From an uncultured Bacteroidota bacterium (GTDB taxonomy: Bacteria > Bacteroidota > Ignavibacteria > Kryptoniales > JAKASW01): DNA of 64,000 nt. Made by a program: the position numbers and the translations under genes. Location: NCBI GenBank assembly GCA_963704305.1, contig OY969888.1:3627247-3691246 (forward strand). The letters run 5' to 3'. A model generated the notes under the pieces. It did not search any database, was not told the DNA's origin, and was given only the letters and a program-made list of their open reading frames with translations. Shown here piece by piece: positions 11,018 to 21,300 of the stretch (positions are counted from its first letter, which is position 1; every line of letters begins with the position of its first letter).

Positions 11018-11208
11018 GATTCCCGTGTATATAAATTGACCTCTCTGATAATCGCCAGATACCTGAGGAGGTACCTCGACATCAATTTAACAAAGCGCTC
11101 CCACTTTTTTATGGCATTGAAAGGCGTCAGGGTTTTCTTAACACACTTCCCTCTTGATTTGTCTTCCTCAATTGAGTCCTGGCGCTCTCGACGAGCCAAG
11201 TCGCTCAT
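11014..11208 (-). CDS. Possible small basic protein coupled to uvrA
   Basis: 64-aa ORF whose TGA overlaps the uvrA ATG (ATGA); no recognisable motif. Confidence 0.25.
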   Translation of the reverse strand: MSDLARRERQDSIEEDKSRGKCVKKTLTPFNAIKKWERFVKLMSRYLLRYLAIIREVNLYTRES

Positions 11209-11282
11209 TTGACGAACCTCGGCATCCTTTCATGACAACTTCCTTCGGTAGGCTTGCAACACGAATGAACCAGTTTGTAATC

Positions 11283-11317
11283 TTGAAACCGAGGGGTTTG
11301 AAAAGTATATTTTCAAA
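11283..11317 (+). promoter_or_regulatory. sigma70-type promoter, probably leaderless, with a palindrome over the -10
   Basis: TTGAAA(11283)-17 nt-TATATT(11306), then 6 nt to GTG 11318; inverted repeat TTTGAAAA-gtata-TTTTCAAA at 11297-11317. Confidence 0.6.
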
Positions 11318-12883
11318 GTGAAATGGAAATTGCCTGCCTTCTCACTGGGAACGAGGATCACCGCGGTAGTCATGCTCATTCTGTTTGCAGCGGGGCTGCT
11401 AATTACATATTTCAATTCGATCGCTACTGAACGCATGCTCTTCCGCGATGCAGAAAACAATGCCCAGTTGATCGCAGCTGAATTCAATCTGACAACGAGA
11501 TCCGCGCAAGGTGTTGATACATTGGTTTTAGCAGCAAGTGCACGGTTAGCCCTGAGACTTCTCCATGAGGCTGAGTTTATCGGATTTTTCCAAAGGGTAA
11601 CACCCGATTCGCTATCATTGATGGCGTTCGCAGGCAAGCCGCTTGACGCAGACGAACTTGTTTTTGTAGTGGCCACTTTGAAGAACGCGCGGCCAAACGG
11701 TCTCCCAGCGTTGTCGGTCAAGCACGGCAACTCCCTCTACTCATACTCGGTTTTGCTTTACGGCGCAGGGCAAGTCTGGGGATACGCGCTGACCGATGTG
11801 ACCCTGAGCAAGGTGCGTCAGACAGTTCGTCGGAACCTTGCGACCGGTGCGGCCATAACATTGGCGGTGAGCATTTTTGCCTCCGTACTACTTCTCCTTG
11901 CGATGCGCTTGACTTTTCTCAGGCCGTTTGACGATCTCGCTGAAAAGATGCGAGACGCAGCGGGGGGAAATTTGGGAGCTCGCCTGTCGCTGAGTTCAGG
12001 GACTGAGTTTAGAACGCTTTCATCGATATTCAACGAGATGATGAGCGAACTCGAGAAAGCTCATGGGATTATTAGATCTGAAGTAAAACGCCAAGCTGAA
12101 TATAACATCACGCTGCAAAAGGAAATCGCCGCCGCCACTGACTCACTGCGTGAGAAAACAGATGAGATTATTGCTCTCCAGGAGAAGCTCCGTCTCTTTG
12201 AGTCGCAAGCCGCACTCGGCAAGGTCGCATCGAGGATTGCTCACGAACTCGGAAGCCCACTAAATGCAATTTACACCTCCGTGCAACTTCTGCTGGAGAA
12301 TGACATTCCGGTTGATGCTAAGAAGAAGCTTAGACTCATCGAGCGACAGGCCGAGACGATGACTGCCATCATCAACAGTTCTCTTCAAGCCCGGAAGATC
12401 GCCATGCCGTCAAAGCAAAAGGTGCCTTTGAAAAACCTTGTTGAAGAAACCCGATTAGTGATGGAACCGAGGCTGAAGGGAAAATCCGTGGTCTTCAAGG
12501 TGCAGCTCGAAGAGTCTTCTGCCGTGATTAGCGCGGATCCGGTTCAGATTCAACAGGTACTGATGAATCTTTTGAATAATTCAATCGAGGCGATCGAATC
12601 AAGGAAGAAGAAAGAATCTCCCGGCAGGATTGATTTAAGAGCGTACAAAGACAAAGAGTCCGAATCCCCGAGCGTACGTATCGATGTCTCAGACAATGGA
12701 GAAGGCATTCCGCAGGAAATTGCCAATCAGTTGTTCAGCGATTTCATAGACAGCAAAAAGCCGGCCGGCAACGGAATTGGCCTGGTCATTTGCAAGGAGA
12801 TTGTTGACAGACACGGAGGGAAAATCTTTCTCGCAGAGAGTTCGGTCAAGGGCTCAACATTTTCAATGATACTGCCTGTTTGA
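11318..12883 (+). CDS. Membrane sensor histidine kinase (2 TM, HAMP, HisKA, HATPase)
   Basis: IAHELGSPL H-box, QVLMNLLNNSIEA N-box, DNGEGIP, GNGIGL. Confidence 0.92.
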   Translation: MKWKLPAFSLGTRITAVVMLILFAAGLLITYFNSIATERMLFRDAENNAQLIAAEFNLTTRSAQGVDTLVLAASARLALRLLHEAEFIGFFQRVTPDSLSLMAFAGKPLDADELVFVVATLKNARPNGLPALSVKHGNSLYSYSVLLYGAGQVWGYALTDVTLSKVRQTVRRNLATGAAITLAVSIFASVLLLLAMRLTFLRPFDDLAEKMRDAAGGNLGARLSLSSGTEFRTLSSIFNEMMSELEKAHGIIRSEVKRQAEYNITLQKEIAAATDSLREKTDEIIALQEKLRLFESQAALGKVASRIAHELGSPLNAIYTSVQLLLENDIPVDAKKKLRLIERQAETMTAIINSSLQARKIAMPSKQKVPLKNLVEETRLVMEPRLKGKSVVFKVQLEESSAVISADPVQIQQVLMNLLNNSIEAIESRKKKESPGRIDLRAYKDKESESPSVRIDVSDNGEGIPQEIANQLFSDFIDSKKPAGNGIGLVICKEIVDRHGGKIFLAESSVKGSTFSMILPV

Positions 12884-12884
12884 A

Positions 12885-14225
12885 ATGAAAGACAAGATCG
12901 CTGTCATCGACGACCATGCAGATTCGCTCGATCTTCTACGCGAAGCGCTTTCGCCAAACTATGACATTGAGACCTTCTCCGATCCCGTAATGGCTCTTCG
13001 GAGAATCAAGCAGGAGTCCTTCTCCGCTGTAGTCACGGATGTGAAAATGCCTGGTTTGAATGGCGTCGAGCTCATGCACATGATACTTGAGTCCGTGCCA
13101 ACTCTCCCGGTGATTCTCGTTACGGCGTTCGGAACACTTGACGCGGCAGCAAGCACTATCAAGAGCGGTGCTTTCGATTACATAAGCAAACCGCTGAACC
13201 TGAACGAGATAAGACTGGTAGTGTCGAACGCAGTGTCACACTTTCATGTCGCGAAGGAATCACAGCGCGTCAATTTGAGAAAGTCGGATGAGGCAGATGT
13301 TTCAAACGTTGTCGGGAAGAGCGAAGTCATGTTACGGGTCTTTAGGGTCATAGGTCGCGTCGCACCGACGAACTCAAGTGTGCTCATTCAAGGTGAAAGT
13401 GGTACGGGCAAGGAGATCGTGGCACGTTCCATTCACTTGAACAGCTTGCGTGCCGATAAGCCATTTGTGCCCATTAGTGTTGCTGCTATTCCGGAACAGC
13501 TTCTTGAGGCGGAACTCTTCGGACATGAGAAGGGAGCTTTCACCGGCGCACTGTTTGCCAGAGACGGATTGTTCACCGAAGCAGAAGGCGGCACTCTTTT
13601 TCTCGATGAAGTCGGCGAGATTCCGCTCCAGCTTCAGCCGAAGCTCTTGAGAGTTTTGCAGGAACATGAGGTCAGGAGGATTGGGAGCAGCGTATCGAGA
13701 ATTGTCGATGTTCGAATAATTGCGGCGACAAACCGCAACCTTGAAGAGCTTGTCCGAGATAAGGCTTTTCGCGAGGATCTTTTCTATAGATTGAGCGTGA
13801 TTCGCATCGAGCTTCCCCCGCTTAGAGAGAGGAAAGACGACATACCACTTCTGACCGATCACTTCATAGCCAAATATAATCGGTTGCACAATAAACAAGT
13901 TAAAGGACTATCCGGCGATCTACTCAGATACTTGTCCGGTTTCACCTGGCCGGGGAATGTCAGAGAGCTGGAGAATTTCATAGACAGAGGAGTCGCTCTA
14001 TCCACCGGTCCTATACTAACGTTGGAAGACGCCAACCTCACGACGATTCATCCCTTGGAGGTGTCATGGGTCGACAAACTTCCCGCTACCCTAAGTCTCG
14101 AAGAAATTGAAACTGAATATATAAAACATGTCCTCAAATCATGCAACAACAATTACGTCGATGCTGCAAAAGTCCTGAAGATAAACAAGAGCACTCTATA
14201 CAGAAAGCTTGGCAAACCGCAATGA
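12885..14225 (+). CDS. sigma54-dependent response regulator (NtrC/AtoC family)
   Basis: Receiver domain (DD...TDVKMP), GESGTGKE, ELFGHEKGAFTGA, LFLDE, WPGNVREL, Fis-type HTH. Confidence 0.95.
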   Translation: MKDKIAVIDDHADSLDLLREALSPNYDIETFSDPVMALRRIKQESFSAVVTDVKMPGLNGVELMHMILESVPTLPVILVTAFGTLDAAASTIKSGAFDYISKPLNLNEIRLVVSNAVSHFHVAKESQRVNLRKSDEADVSNVVGKSEVMLRVFRVIGRVAPTNSSVLIQGESGTGKEIVARSIHLNSLRADKPFVPISVAAIPEQLLEAELFGHEKGAFTGALFARDGLFTEAEGGTLFLDEVGEIPLQLQPKLLRVLQEHEVRRIGSSVSRIVDVRIIAATNRNLEELVRDKAFREDLFYRLSVIRIELPPLRERKDDIPLLTDHFIAKYNRLHNKQVKGLSGDLLRYLSGFTWPGNVRELENFIDRGVALSTGPILTLEDANLTTIHPLEVSWVDKLPATLSLEEIETEYIKHVLKSCNNNYVDAAKVLKINKSTLYRKLGKPQ

Positions 14226-15796
14226 TGAGACAGATGAGAACTTATTCGCTTTCAATGTTGATCATTCTCACGCTTCTGTTTCCGAATTTGGCTCGAGCAA
14301 GAGATACAAGGTCGCATCTGCTCTTGAGTCGAGAAATCAATTTCATGATCAAAAGGTCAAACACGCCAAGGACAATCAAAGCGATTGAGATTTATTCGCG
14401 CAAACATAACAAAGTCATTTTTCATTCCTATTCCGATCTCCTTCTTCGCCCGGCAAGCAACCTGAAGATCGTGACTTCTTCTTTTATTCTTCACAGCCTG
14501 GGAAGTAATTACATTTTCAGGACTCTGTTCAGCACGACAGGAACCCGGCAAGGTGGAACGGTTGACGGAGATCTCGTAATCACTGCGGCCGGAGATCCGA
14601 TAGTGGACCTAGCGGACATCGATTCAGCCGCAGGGATCATTTCGCAAAAGGGTGTCAAGACGATAGATGGCAACCTGATTGTCGACATTTCAAGATTCGA
14701 TTCGCTGCAGTGGGGATCAGGTTGGATGTGGGATGATGAGCCGGAATCATACGCGATGTTTATCAGTCCTGCCTGCCTCGATCACAATTCTATCGAGGTT
14801 TGCGTTTCGATTGATTCGACGACACACAAGCTTGTCGTTACAACTCAACCTAATACAGATTTCGTAAAAGTTGTCTGTACCGCCGTACAGGATACTGTTG
14901 ATAGTCTTTTCGTAACGAGAGTAATGATCAATGATGTGAATACGATCTTGGTCGAGGGTCGTTATCCTCCGCAACTGGAGCCTTCGACATACGAGTTTTC
15001 CGTGAGACATCCCGCAGAATATTTCGGGATAGTATTTAAGGAAATTCTTGAGAAACATGGTGTCGATTTGCGCGGCGATGTCGTCGTGAGATACCATCGC
15101 TCGACTTCAAACTCCAGCTCTGATCTATTCGCGCTCGAGCACTCTATCGACACTGTGATGACCTATACCAATAAGGTCTCGGACAACTTGGGTGCTGAGT
15201 GTCTCTTGAGACAAGTGCCAATGGCAGAAGAAGGTAAGGCTGGTGGCGCCGGGAACAGCATCGACCTTGAAAAGGGATTTCTGAAGGAGTGTGGAGTAGA
15301 TTCGACGGAATATTACATCGTTGACGGCTCCGGCTTGTCTCACTACGATCTGATAACTCCCGAGGCGATCGTCAAAATCCTGAATTATGATCTCGATCAG
15401 CGGACGAAGAATCTCTTCATGAAGACTCTGCCGATTGCGGGAGTTGATGGCACACTTAAGAGAAGAATGGAAGAGAATTTCCTGGTTGGAAGAGTCATAG
15501 CTAAGACCGGGTCAATCAGCGGAGTGAGCACGCTATCAGGTTATGTAATCGTGCCGAGAGATACTCTCATCTTTTCTATGATGATGCAGAATTTCATCGG
15601 GGATACAGATTCGATGCGCTCTTTGCAGGACAGCGTTTGCAGTGTCCTTGCGCTGTATGATGACAATGCAAAAGTCTTCACCCGGCACTTGAAAAAGCAT
15701 GACGTTGGAACTTACGGAGAGGCGAGACATAGGAGAGGTCGTCACATTATGGAAGCTAACTTTCGCAGAGCGAAGAAGAAGTCTTCGACCGATTGA
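14222..15796 (+). CDS. dacB: D-alanyl-D-alanine carboxypeptidase/endopeptidase (peptidase S13, PBP4)
   Basis: PASNLK (SxxK), SDN (SxN), DGSGLS, KTG; start placed at ATG 14222, which overlaps the NtrC stop and precedes a signal peptide. Confidence 0.9.
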   Translation: MMRQMRTYSLSMLIILTLLFPNLARARDTRSHLLLSREINFMIKRSNTPRTIKAIEIYSRKHNKVIFHSYSDLLLRPASNLKIVTSSFILHSLGSNYIFRTLFSTTGTRQGGTVDGDLVITAAGDPIVDLADIDSAAGIISQKGVKTIDGNLIVDISRFDSLQWGSGWMWDDEPESYAMFISPACLDHNSIEVCVSIDSTTHKLVVTTQPNTDFVKVVCTAVQDTVDSLFVTRVMINDVNTILVEGRYPPQLEPSTYEFSVRHPAEYFGIVFKEILEKHGVDLRGDVVVRYHRSTSNSSSDLFALEHSIDTVMTYTNKVSDNLGAECLLRQVPMAEEGKAGGAGNSIDLEKGFLKECGVDSTEYYIVDGSGLSHYDLITPEAIVKILNYDLDQRTKNLFMKTLPIAGVDGTLKRRMEENFLVGRVIAKTGSISGVSTLSGYVIVPRDTLIFSMMMQNFIGDTDSMRSLQDSVCSVLALYDDNAKVFTRHLKKHDVGTYGEARHRRGRHIMEANFRRAKKKSSTD

Positions 15797-15822
15797 TCGT
15801 TGAAAAAACAGCCTCCTGAGCG

Positions 15823-15851
15823 TTGAGCTTTTGGCGCCGTTTCGGTAAATT
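15823..15851 (+). promoter_or_regulatory. Putative sigma70 promoter of tRNA-His
   Basis: TTGAGC-17 nt-TAAATT, 22 nt before the tRNA. Confidence 0.5.
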
Positions 15852-15873
15852 AATGGACAAGGTCGTTGAATAT

Positions 15874-15948
15874 GCTGGCGTAGCTCAGCTTGGTTAGAGC
15901 ACTTGACTGTGGATCAAGGGGTCGACGGTTCGAGTCCGTCCGCCAGTA
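15874..15948 (+). tRNA. tRNA-His(GTG); CCA not encoded; no genomic G-1
   Basis: Full cloverleaf: acceptor GCTGGCG/CGCCAGT, D stem GCTC/GAGC, anticodon stem CTTGA/TCAAG with loop CT-GTG-GA, T stem GACGG/CCGTC with loop TTCGAGT, discriminator A. Confidence 0.96.
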
Positions 15949-15979
15949 CGAAAACTTGAACATTCGGGAGGCTGCGCAA

Positions 15980-16702
15980 ATGGAAACGGTTCAGGATAAG
16001 GCACAGGAATTTGTCATCCGGTTTGTCGGCGTTGCCGGAGTGAGCATTGCACTCGGCATCGCGATCTTCGGTCGTCGAGTATTTGTCATAACGGCTGCTC
16101 CGTTCCAATTCGTACAAAGTGGAGTGACCGCAGGATTGTTCTATGCATCGCTCAAGAACCTAACTTCCATCAAAAACAGCATCGCCGCACTCTTCGTGTG
16201 GTATGTTCTCCTGTTGACTCTTCTTGTGAAATTCAACACATGGCTTCCGATTCTTGACCTGGCATACCTCGGGGGCATTGCCGCCGCAATTTATCTTTGC
16301 AAGTATGTTGTCGACAAGGGGCTGATTCACGGAATTGTCCAGAGGCTTGCGACATCCATCGTGTTTCTTGGTCTTGCTAACGTCTTAATCATCGTCCTTC
16401 TGTCAACTATCCAATTCATATTCTACCACCATGCCAGGCAAGTCTCCATATTTTTCTCAGAGCTTCCTCTGAGAATTCGCGCTAACCTGATAATCGGTTG
16501 CGCGATTGGTTTTGGTGCTGGAGTTGGAATCGAGATTGTGGAATACTATTTCGACCGGCGGCATCGCCAGGATGAAGCGGTGACCACTGGAGGGCCTATC
16601 GTCAGGTGTGCATCATGCAGGCAGGAGCTCGAGCTGGAAGAAACTGAAATAGAACTTGGTGAATACACTTGCCCGGAGTGCGGCAACATGGGAAAGCTAT
16701 AA
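15980..16702 (+). CDS. Polytopic membrane protein with C-terminal zinc ribbon
   Basis: GGGAGG RBS before ATG 15980; about 6 hydrophobic segments; C-terminal CASC...CPEC. Confidence 0.7.
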   Translation: METVQDKAQEFVIRFVGVAGVSIALGIAIFGRRVFVITAAPFQFVQSGVTAGLFYASLKNLTSIKNSIAALFVWYVLLLTLLVKFNTWLPILDLAYLGGIAAAIYLCKYVVDKGLIHGIVQRLATSIVFLGLANVLIIVLLSTIQFIFYHHARQVSIFFSELPLRIRANLIIGCAIGFGAGVGIEIVEYYFDRRHRQDEAVTTGGPIVRCASCRQELELEETEIELGEYTCPECGNMGKL

Positions 16703-16782
16703 AGCCTTATCACATTTGACGTATTAGTTGGGGTGGAACAATTACTCGCGATTAGCTGGCGCCGGAGTAGATCGATAACGAT

Positions 16783-17229
16783 TTACTCCATCCACTTAAC
16801 TATCATCCTGTTTTGATGGTTACAGATATCCTTCCCTTCCGGAGTGAACATATACTCGAGTCGGTCTCTATAAAACTCAGAAATCTTGCCGCGCACCATC
16901 TTCATGGTGCTGTTTAGAAACTTGTTTTGTTCAGTGAACCCTTCACCTAATACGGCGATCGCAGCCGGCAACCAGCTCTCGGGAAATAGTCCCGCAAATT
17001 TGCCGCATTGTCTGTATTCCACAATTTCCGATTTTATGAGCTTGAGCGCCGCCGCCTGTCCTTCGTCTGAATGTGGCGACAAGTCGGCCTCCTTAAGATA
17101 TGCAAGCAGGGCGTCTCGGTTGGGAACTACCAGTGCAACTGCATACGGGGACTGGTTATTATACAGCATGATTTGATCGATGTATCGCGAGTTGTCGGTG
17201 ATTGCCTCTTCAATATACCAGCGCCGCAT
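16783..17229 (-). pseudogene. 3' fragment of a long-chain acyl-CoA synthetase (AMP-binding family)
   Basis: IEEAI...IDQIML...VALVVPN...FTEQNKFLNSTMKMVRGKI resembles the FadD-type C-terminus; the whole N-terminal adenylation domain is absent. Confidence 0.75.
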
Positions 17230-17528
17230 TTGAGAACAGACTTCCTGATATCACTATAGGTTGTGCCAGCATACTCATCTTCATTGTTTTCCCACATCAT
17301 AATGTTGGAAGAGAATCAAGAGACGCTTCTCTCAAACAAAAATGGTATAGTTCTGTTCTGTTTTGATTCGGACATGAAAGTTCCCTGACCATGGTTGATG
17401 TAGTTCTAATCAACCCTCTTGTGAAATACAAGATTAGTGCGGGATCGCAACATTTGATCAAGAGTGTTTGATCGTCTCGTCCCCTCAGCCTGGATTTCGC
17501 TCAGGTCCGCCAGACTTGCCACTCACAT

Positions 17529-17897
17529 TCATATGATGAGGTGATTTATTGCCGCCTCGCGATCCCTGAATAACGTCACATCCATTCCAGTATTTCTCGC
17601 CACCGTCTCAACGAAATCATGCGAATGGTCTTCCGGACTGACCAAGAGGGCCACTCGTGCATTTTTGTCGATCCCCTCTGGTGTCTTCATATCCTCATAT
17701 GCGAATTCGTATATCCTCGAGATAGTGTCAACATTTCTCGATTCAGTCACATCAACTAGGTACCGGTCTATGCCGAGCTCTCTGCCCAAAGCGTGTGCCT
17801 CAAGGTTTTGCTTTAGAGCCAGGTCGGAATTCATCTCTCCAATCACTTTCAACACTATGTAATTTCTGTCTGCGGAAGGTCCTATCGTGTATGGCAT
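17529..17897 (-). CDS. Small alpha/beta hypothetical protein (STAS/SpoIIAA-like)
   Basis: YLVDVT...RVALLV...FVETVARNTG...LFRDREAAINHL pattern typical of SpoIIAA-like proteins. Confidence 0.55.
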   Translation of the reverse strand: MPYTIGPSADRNYIVLKVIGEMNSDLALKQNLEAHALGRELGIDRYLVDVTESRNVDTISRIYEFAYEDMKTPEGIDKNARVALLVSPEDHSHDFVETVARNTGMDVTLFRDREAAINHLII

Positions 17898-18121
17898 GGA
17901 TGCGTCCCCGCCTTCTGTTCTCTTTTCATGTTCTCATCACCGGCGCATAACTGTCATCGTTCTCATTTTTACGAATCTTAGTCCATCCGCGAACACACGG
18001 TTATCCGAATTCTTGAGTAAGTCTCTTGGCGTGGCGGAAAAAAGCAACAATAGGTTCATTCACGGACAAACCTCCGACCCTTCATACAGCACATCCATCT
18101 TACCGTTGCTGTCTACACGAG

Positions 18122-18150
18122 ATTTTAACCTGTTGCACCCTGAAAGTCAA
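18122..18150 (-). promoter_or_regulatory. Putative sigma70 promoter
   Basis: Minus strand TTGACT-17 nt-TAAAAT; shares GCTTGACT...ACAGGTTA with the promoter at 30368-30396. Confidence 0.5.
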
Positions 18151-18374
18151 GCGTTTGTAGCGGCGTGATGAATCAGCTTATCGACATAGCTGCCAACACG
18201 TGACATCAATCCACGGCAGAGTACAATTCCAATCATGGATCCTCCGATCCCATTTCTCTTCATAGAATCGCTCACAGGTCACTCGACGACAACTATCGTC
18301 GAAAGGAGCAGAATGTTGTGAAATCCTCCCTCCCGGAAGGTTGGGTCGCGGAGACCGACCGGCTGTGCAGAGAT

Positions 18375-21300
18375 CTAACGAGCTCTGTAAGAAGCGAGGA
18401 CGCGGCCGTCCTTTTCTACGAGCAACAATGCCGCCCTGCTCGGTGGAAGGTCGACCATGAAAGCCTTGTCGCTCGCCTTGTCCAGAATTTTCACTTTGGC
18501 GGTATCCGCGCTCTCAGAAGTCAGAACGTAAAGCGTGGCGTCATGCAACTTCGTCGGAGAGATGAGGATGCCAGGATCCTTGCAGGAGGTCTCATAGACC
18601 GAGCTCACTCCCGCACGCTTCATGGCATATTCATAGATACGCCCTACTTCATCTATTTGATCGGCAAGCTCAAGTGGCAGTGAGAAGTAGAGAATGTTAC
18701 CTTTGCCAAGCGGGATGTCGGCAAAGGTCTTCCCATTTCCGAGCACACCGCGTTCGCAGTAGCTTGTCTTGTTCCCGGAATAACTTAAGTGTGCTATGCC
18801 GCCAGGCCAGCTGATTTCCGCTTCCCTCGTAATCAGCGACTCGTATGTATATTTCACATTCCAGTTGCGCGTCCGCTCTGGGATGGAATGCCAATGTTCG
18901 TCGGCATCAATTCTTCCCGAAATAAGCAGCGTTGCACCTTCGCTTACCCTTTTCATAAGTAAGTCCCAGGCATCCTGAGTGATCACCCATGGAGCCGGGA
19001 CGATGACAAGTTTAGCATCCGGCATTTGAGAGAGTTGATCCTCGCCGATCGCGAATGCCACTCCCCTTGCATAGTGGTACAGTGCACGGACCGCCTTCTG
19101 TTGCGCTTCGATTGCTCCTTCACTGTAGATTGAAAGTTGCAGTGACTGCGGCAACACCAGTGCGATGTCGGGCAGACTCGCTCCCACGGCGTATGGTTGC
19201 GCATCATGAGCGAATGCAGCTATCCCTTTCAGTGCCTGCATCCATTCCTTTTGAGAGCCATCGCGGCGCATGATCCCGTAATCATCACTTCGTGTCCAAT
19301 CCCAGTGAAGAACTCCTGCGTTCCCGTTGGCAAATGCGAGAGCGAGCTTCCGTTCCTCAAGCCCCATCCCTCTCTGGTCGGCCCAACGCCAGGAACCGTC
19401 CATTGCCCAAACCGGCTGTGCCCCGGTCTCTTCGATGAGGTTCGGCTTCTGAATGTTCTTGGCCGCAACCGAACCCCAGAGCAGTGCATCGTCGCGCCAC
19501 CAGGTATGATTCACGGTATAATTCACCTGTGAGTTTGCCCAGAACTGATTCAACACGCGGTCCACGATGCCGCCTTCATCCTGGCCGACGGTGACTTCTT
19601 GCTTCGAACCCGCGGCACGGATCGCCTGAATGACCGTGTCCACCCAACCGGTGAATGCATCCTGAGCAAACAGGTTGTAGTCTACAGCGCGAATAGTCTT
19701 CAGATTGCCGGAGCGGGTTGGAGCGAGATCGGAAGTGTCGGGCAAAGGCACCCTGCTGAATGTGCCCAGCTGGTCTGGAGGGACGCGCCATGACTCAGCA
19801 AGTTTGTCAATCACATGGTATCGTTTCTCGAGCCACTGCTGCCAAGCTGCAAGCTCTCTTGGATCTCCATTTGGTGAGTTTCCCTTCCAGATTCGGCCGG
19901 GATTGGAGAAGCTGGGTTCATTGATCAGATCGTAACTAAGAAATGGCACATCCCGGAAACGCGAGACGATTGAACGCACGTACTCGATCTCCGCATTGAC
20001 CATCATCGGATCAAGGTATGCGTTGGGACCTGACACTGCTCGTTCATCGTCGGGTCCCGATCCATGCCGAATGTCCAATTGTGGATTAAAGGCAAAGAAA
20101 GTGAAGATGACTTGCATGTGATGACGCGACGCCGCATCAAGGTAAGCTTCAATAGCTCTCAGCAGGCGTTCGTCCGCGGCACCGGTCACCTGATCGAGAT
20201 ACCTTGCCTGATTGTCCCAGGTTCCTGTGCGAACAATCGTGATTCCCTGCCGTTCCATCTCAGCAAAGTCGCGTTCCCAGACATGCGCATTTCCACCAAG
20301 ACTTCCACCGACAAAGAAATCGGAGGTGTATGGATCGGTTGAAAAATAATTCACACCCACCGGCAAGTACGGCATTCCATCCAGCCGGAAGTAATCGCGG
20401 CCCATATCAAGCTTTTTTCCCGACATCAACAGCGAGCTATCGCGCACATCCACTCCAGATGTGTATCTGTCGATCGTGGTATCGCCGACAGAAAGGGTCG
20501 CCCGCACCTGGTAGAATCCAGGTTTGCTTAGTGGTGCCTTGAGTCCAATTTCTTCGCGAAGTGAACTCTCACAGTCAACTGTCCTCGTCTCGAGCACGTC
20601 TGAACCCGATAACAATTCGAGCGTCAACTTTGCCGGTTCGCCTCTTCGGAGAACATCAACCGCACCCGTAACATGTTCGCCTGGGTCAATTGTGAGCTCC
20701 TGCATGTCAAGCCAGAGTCTGTCTCCGCCGTATGAAGCGTAAGTGGCTGCTTCACGCATCAGGTCCGTGCCGGCTTCAGAATTCCAGTAACTTGAGTCGG
20801 CATCGAAGCTGAGAAAGACTCCTCGCACCGGTGAGGAAGTGAGATTGACAAAATCTTCAGCAACGACGGGAGCAGCAAGGCGATCTCCGTTTGCGTCGAC
20901 AAGGAAACCGATTCCGCGGTACCTTCCTCCATATCCTGCGTTCACGAAGACGCGAGTTGGATTTAGCGATTCGTGGTGACCGGTTTGTGCCGCGTGAATC
21001 GAGTCCATCTGAGAAAAGAAGGGCGCATCTTCATCCCACTTCAAAGTCCACGGACCATGCTGCATTGCGGGATACGAGTACATTATGCCGAGATATCTGG
21101 AGTAGGTATTCTGAGGTGGCTCAACCCGCCAACCGCTGCTGTCACGGTAAACCGGAACGTAGAAAGGTCGCCCGCCCAGTATGAGGAGATTGCCGTTTCG
21201 AAGATGATGTTGTATGGCTTCCCAGGCATCAGCCGGGAATGCCGAGCCGTAAGGGAGCACAAGGAGATCGCCATCGGAGAGATTCTTCCCAAGATCAGCG

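Noticed and set aside
15890-15979. N-terminal extension of ORF 15890-16702
   Set aside because: It is a translation of the tRNA-His gene; the real start is ATG 15980 with an SD
17506-17514. GTCCGCCAG matching the tRNA-His 3' end (possible attR)
   Set aside because: Only 9 bp, the flanks do not align and no integrase is present
17940-17967. dif-like site (GCGCATAA, XerC-like arm)
   Set aside because: The XerD arm matches only about 5 of 11 positions
17887-18168. 93-aa plus-strand ORF in the spacer (also 30448-30708)
   Set aside because: No RBS, atypical composition, and overlap with promoter or terminator elements on the opposite strand
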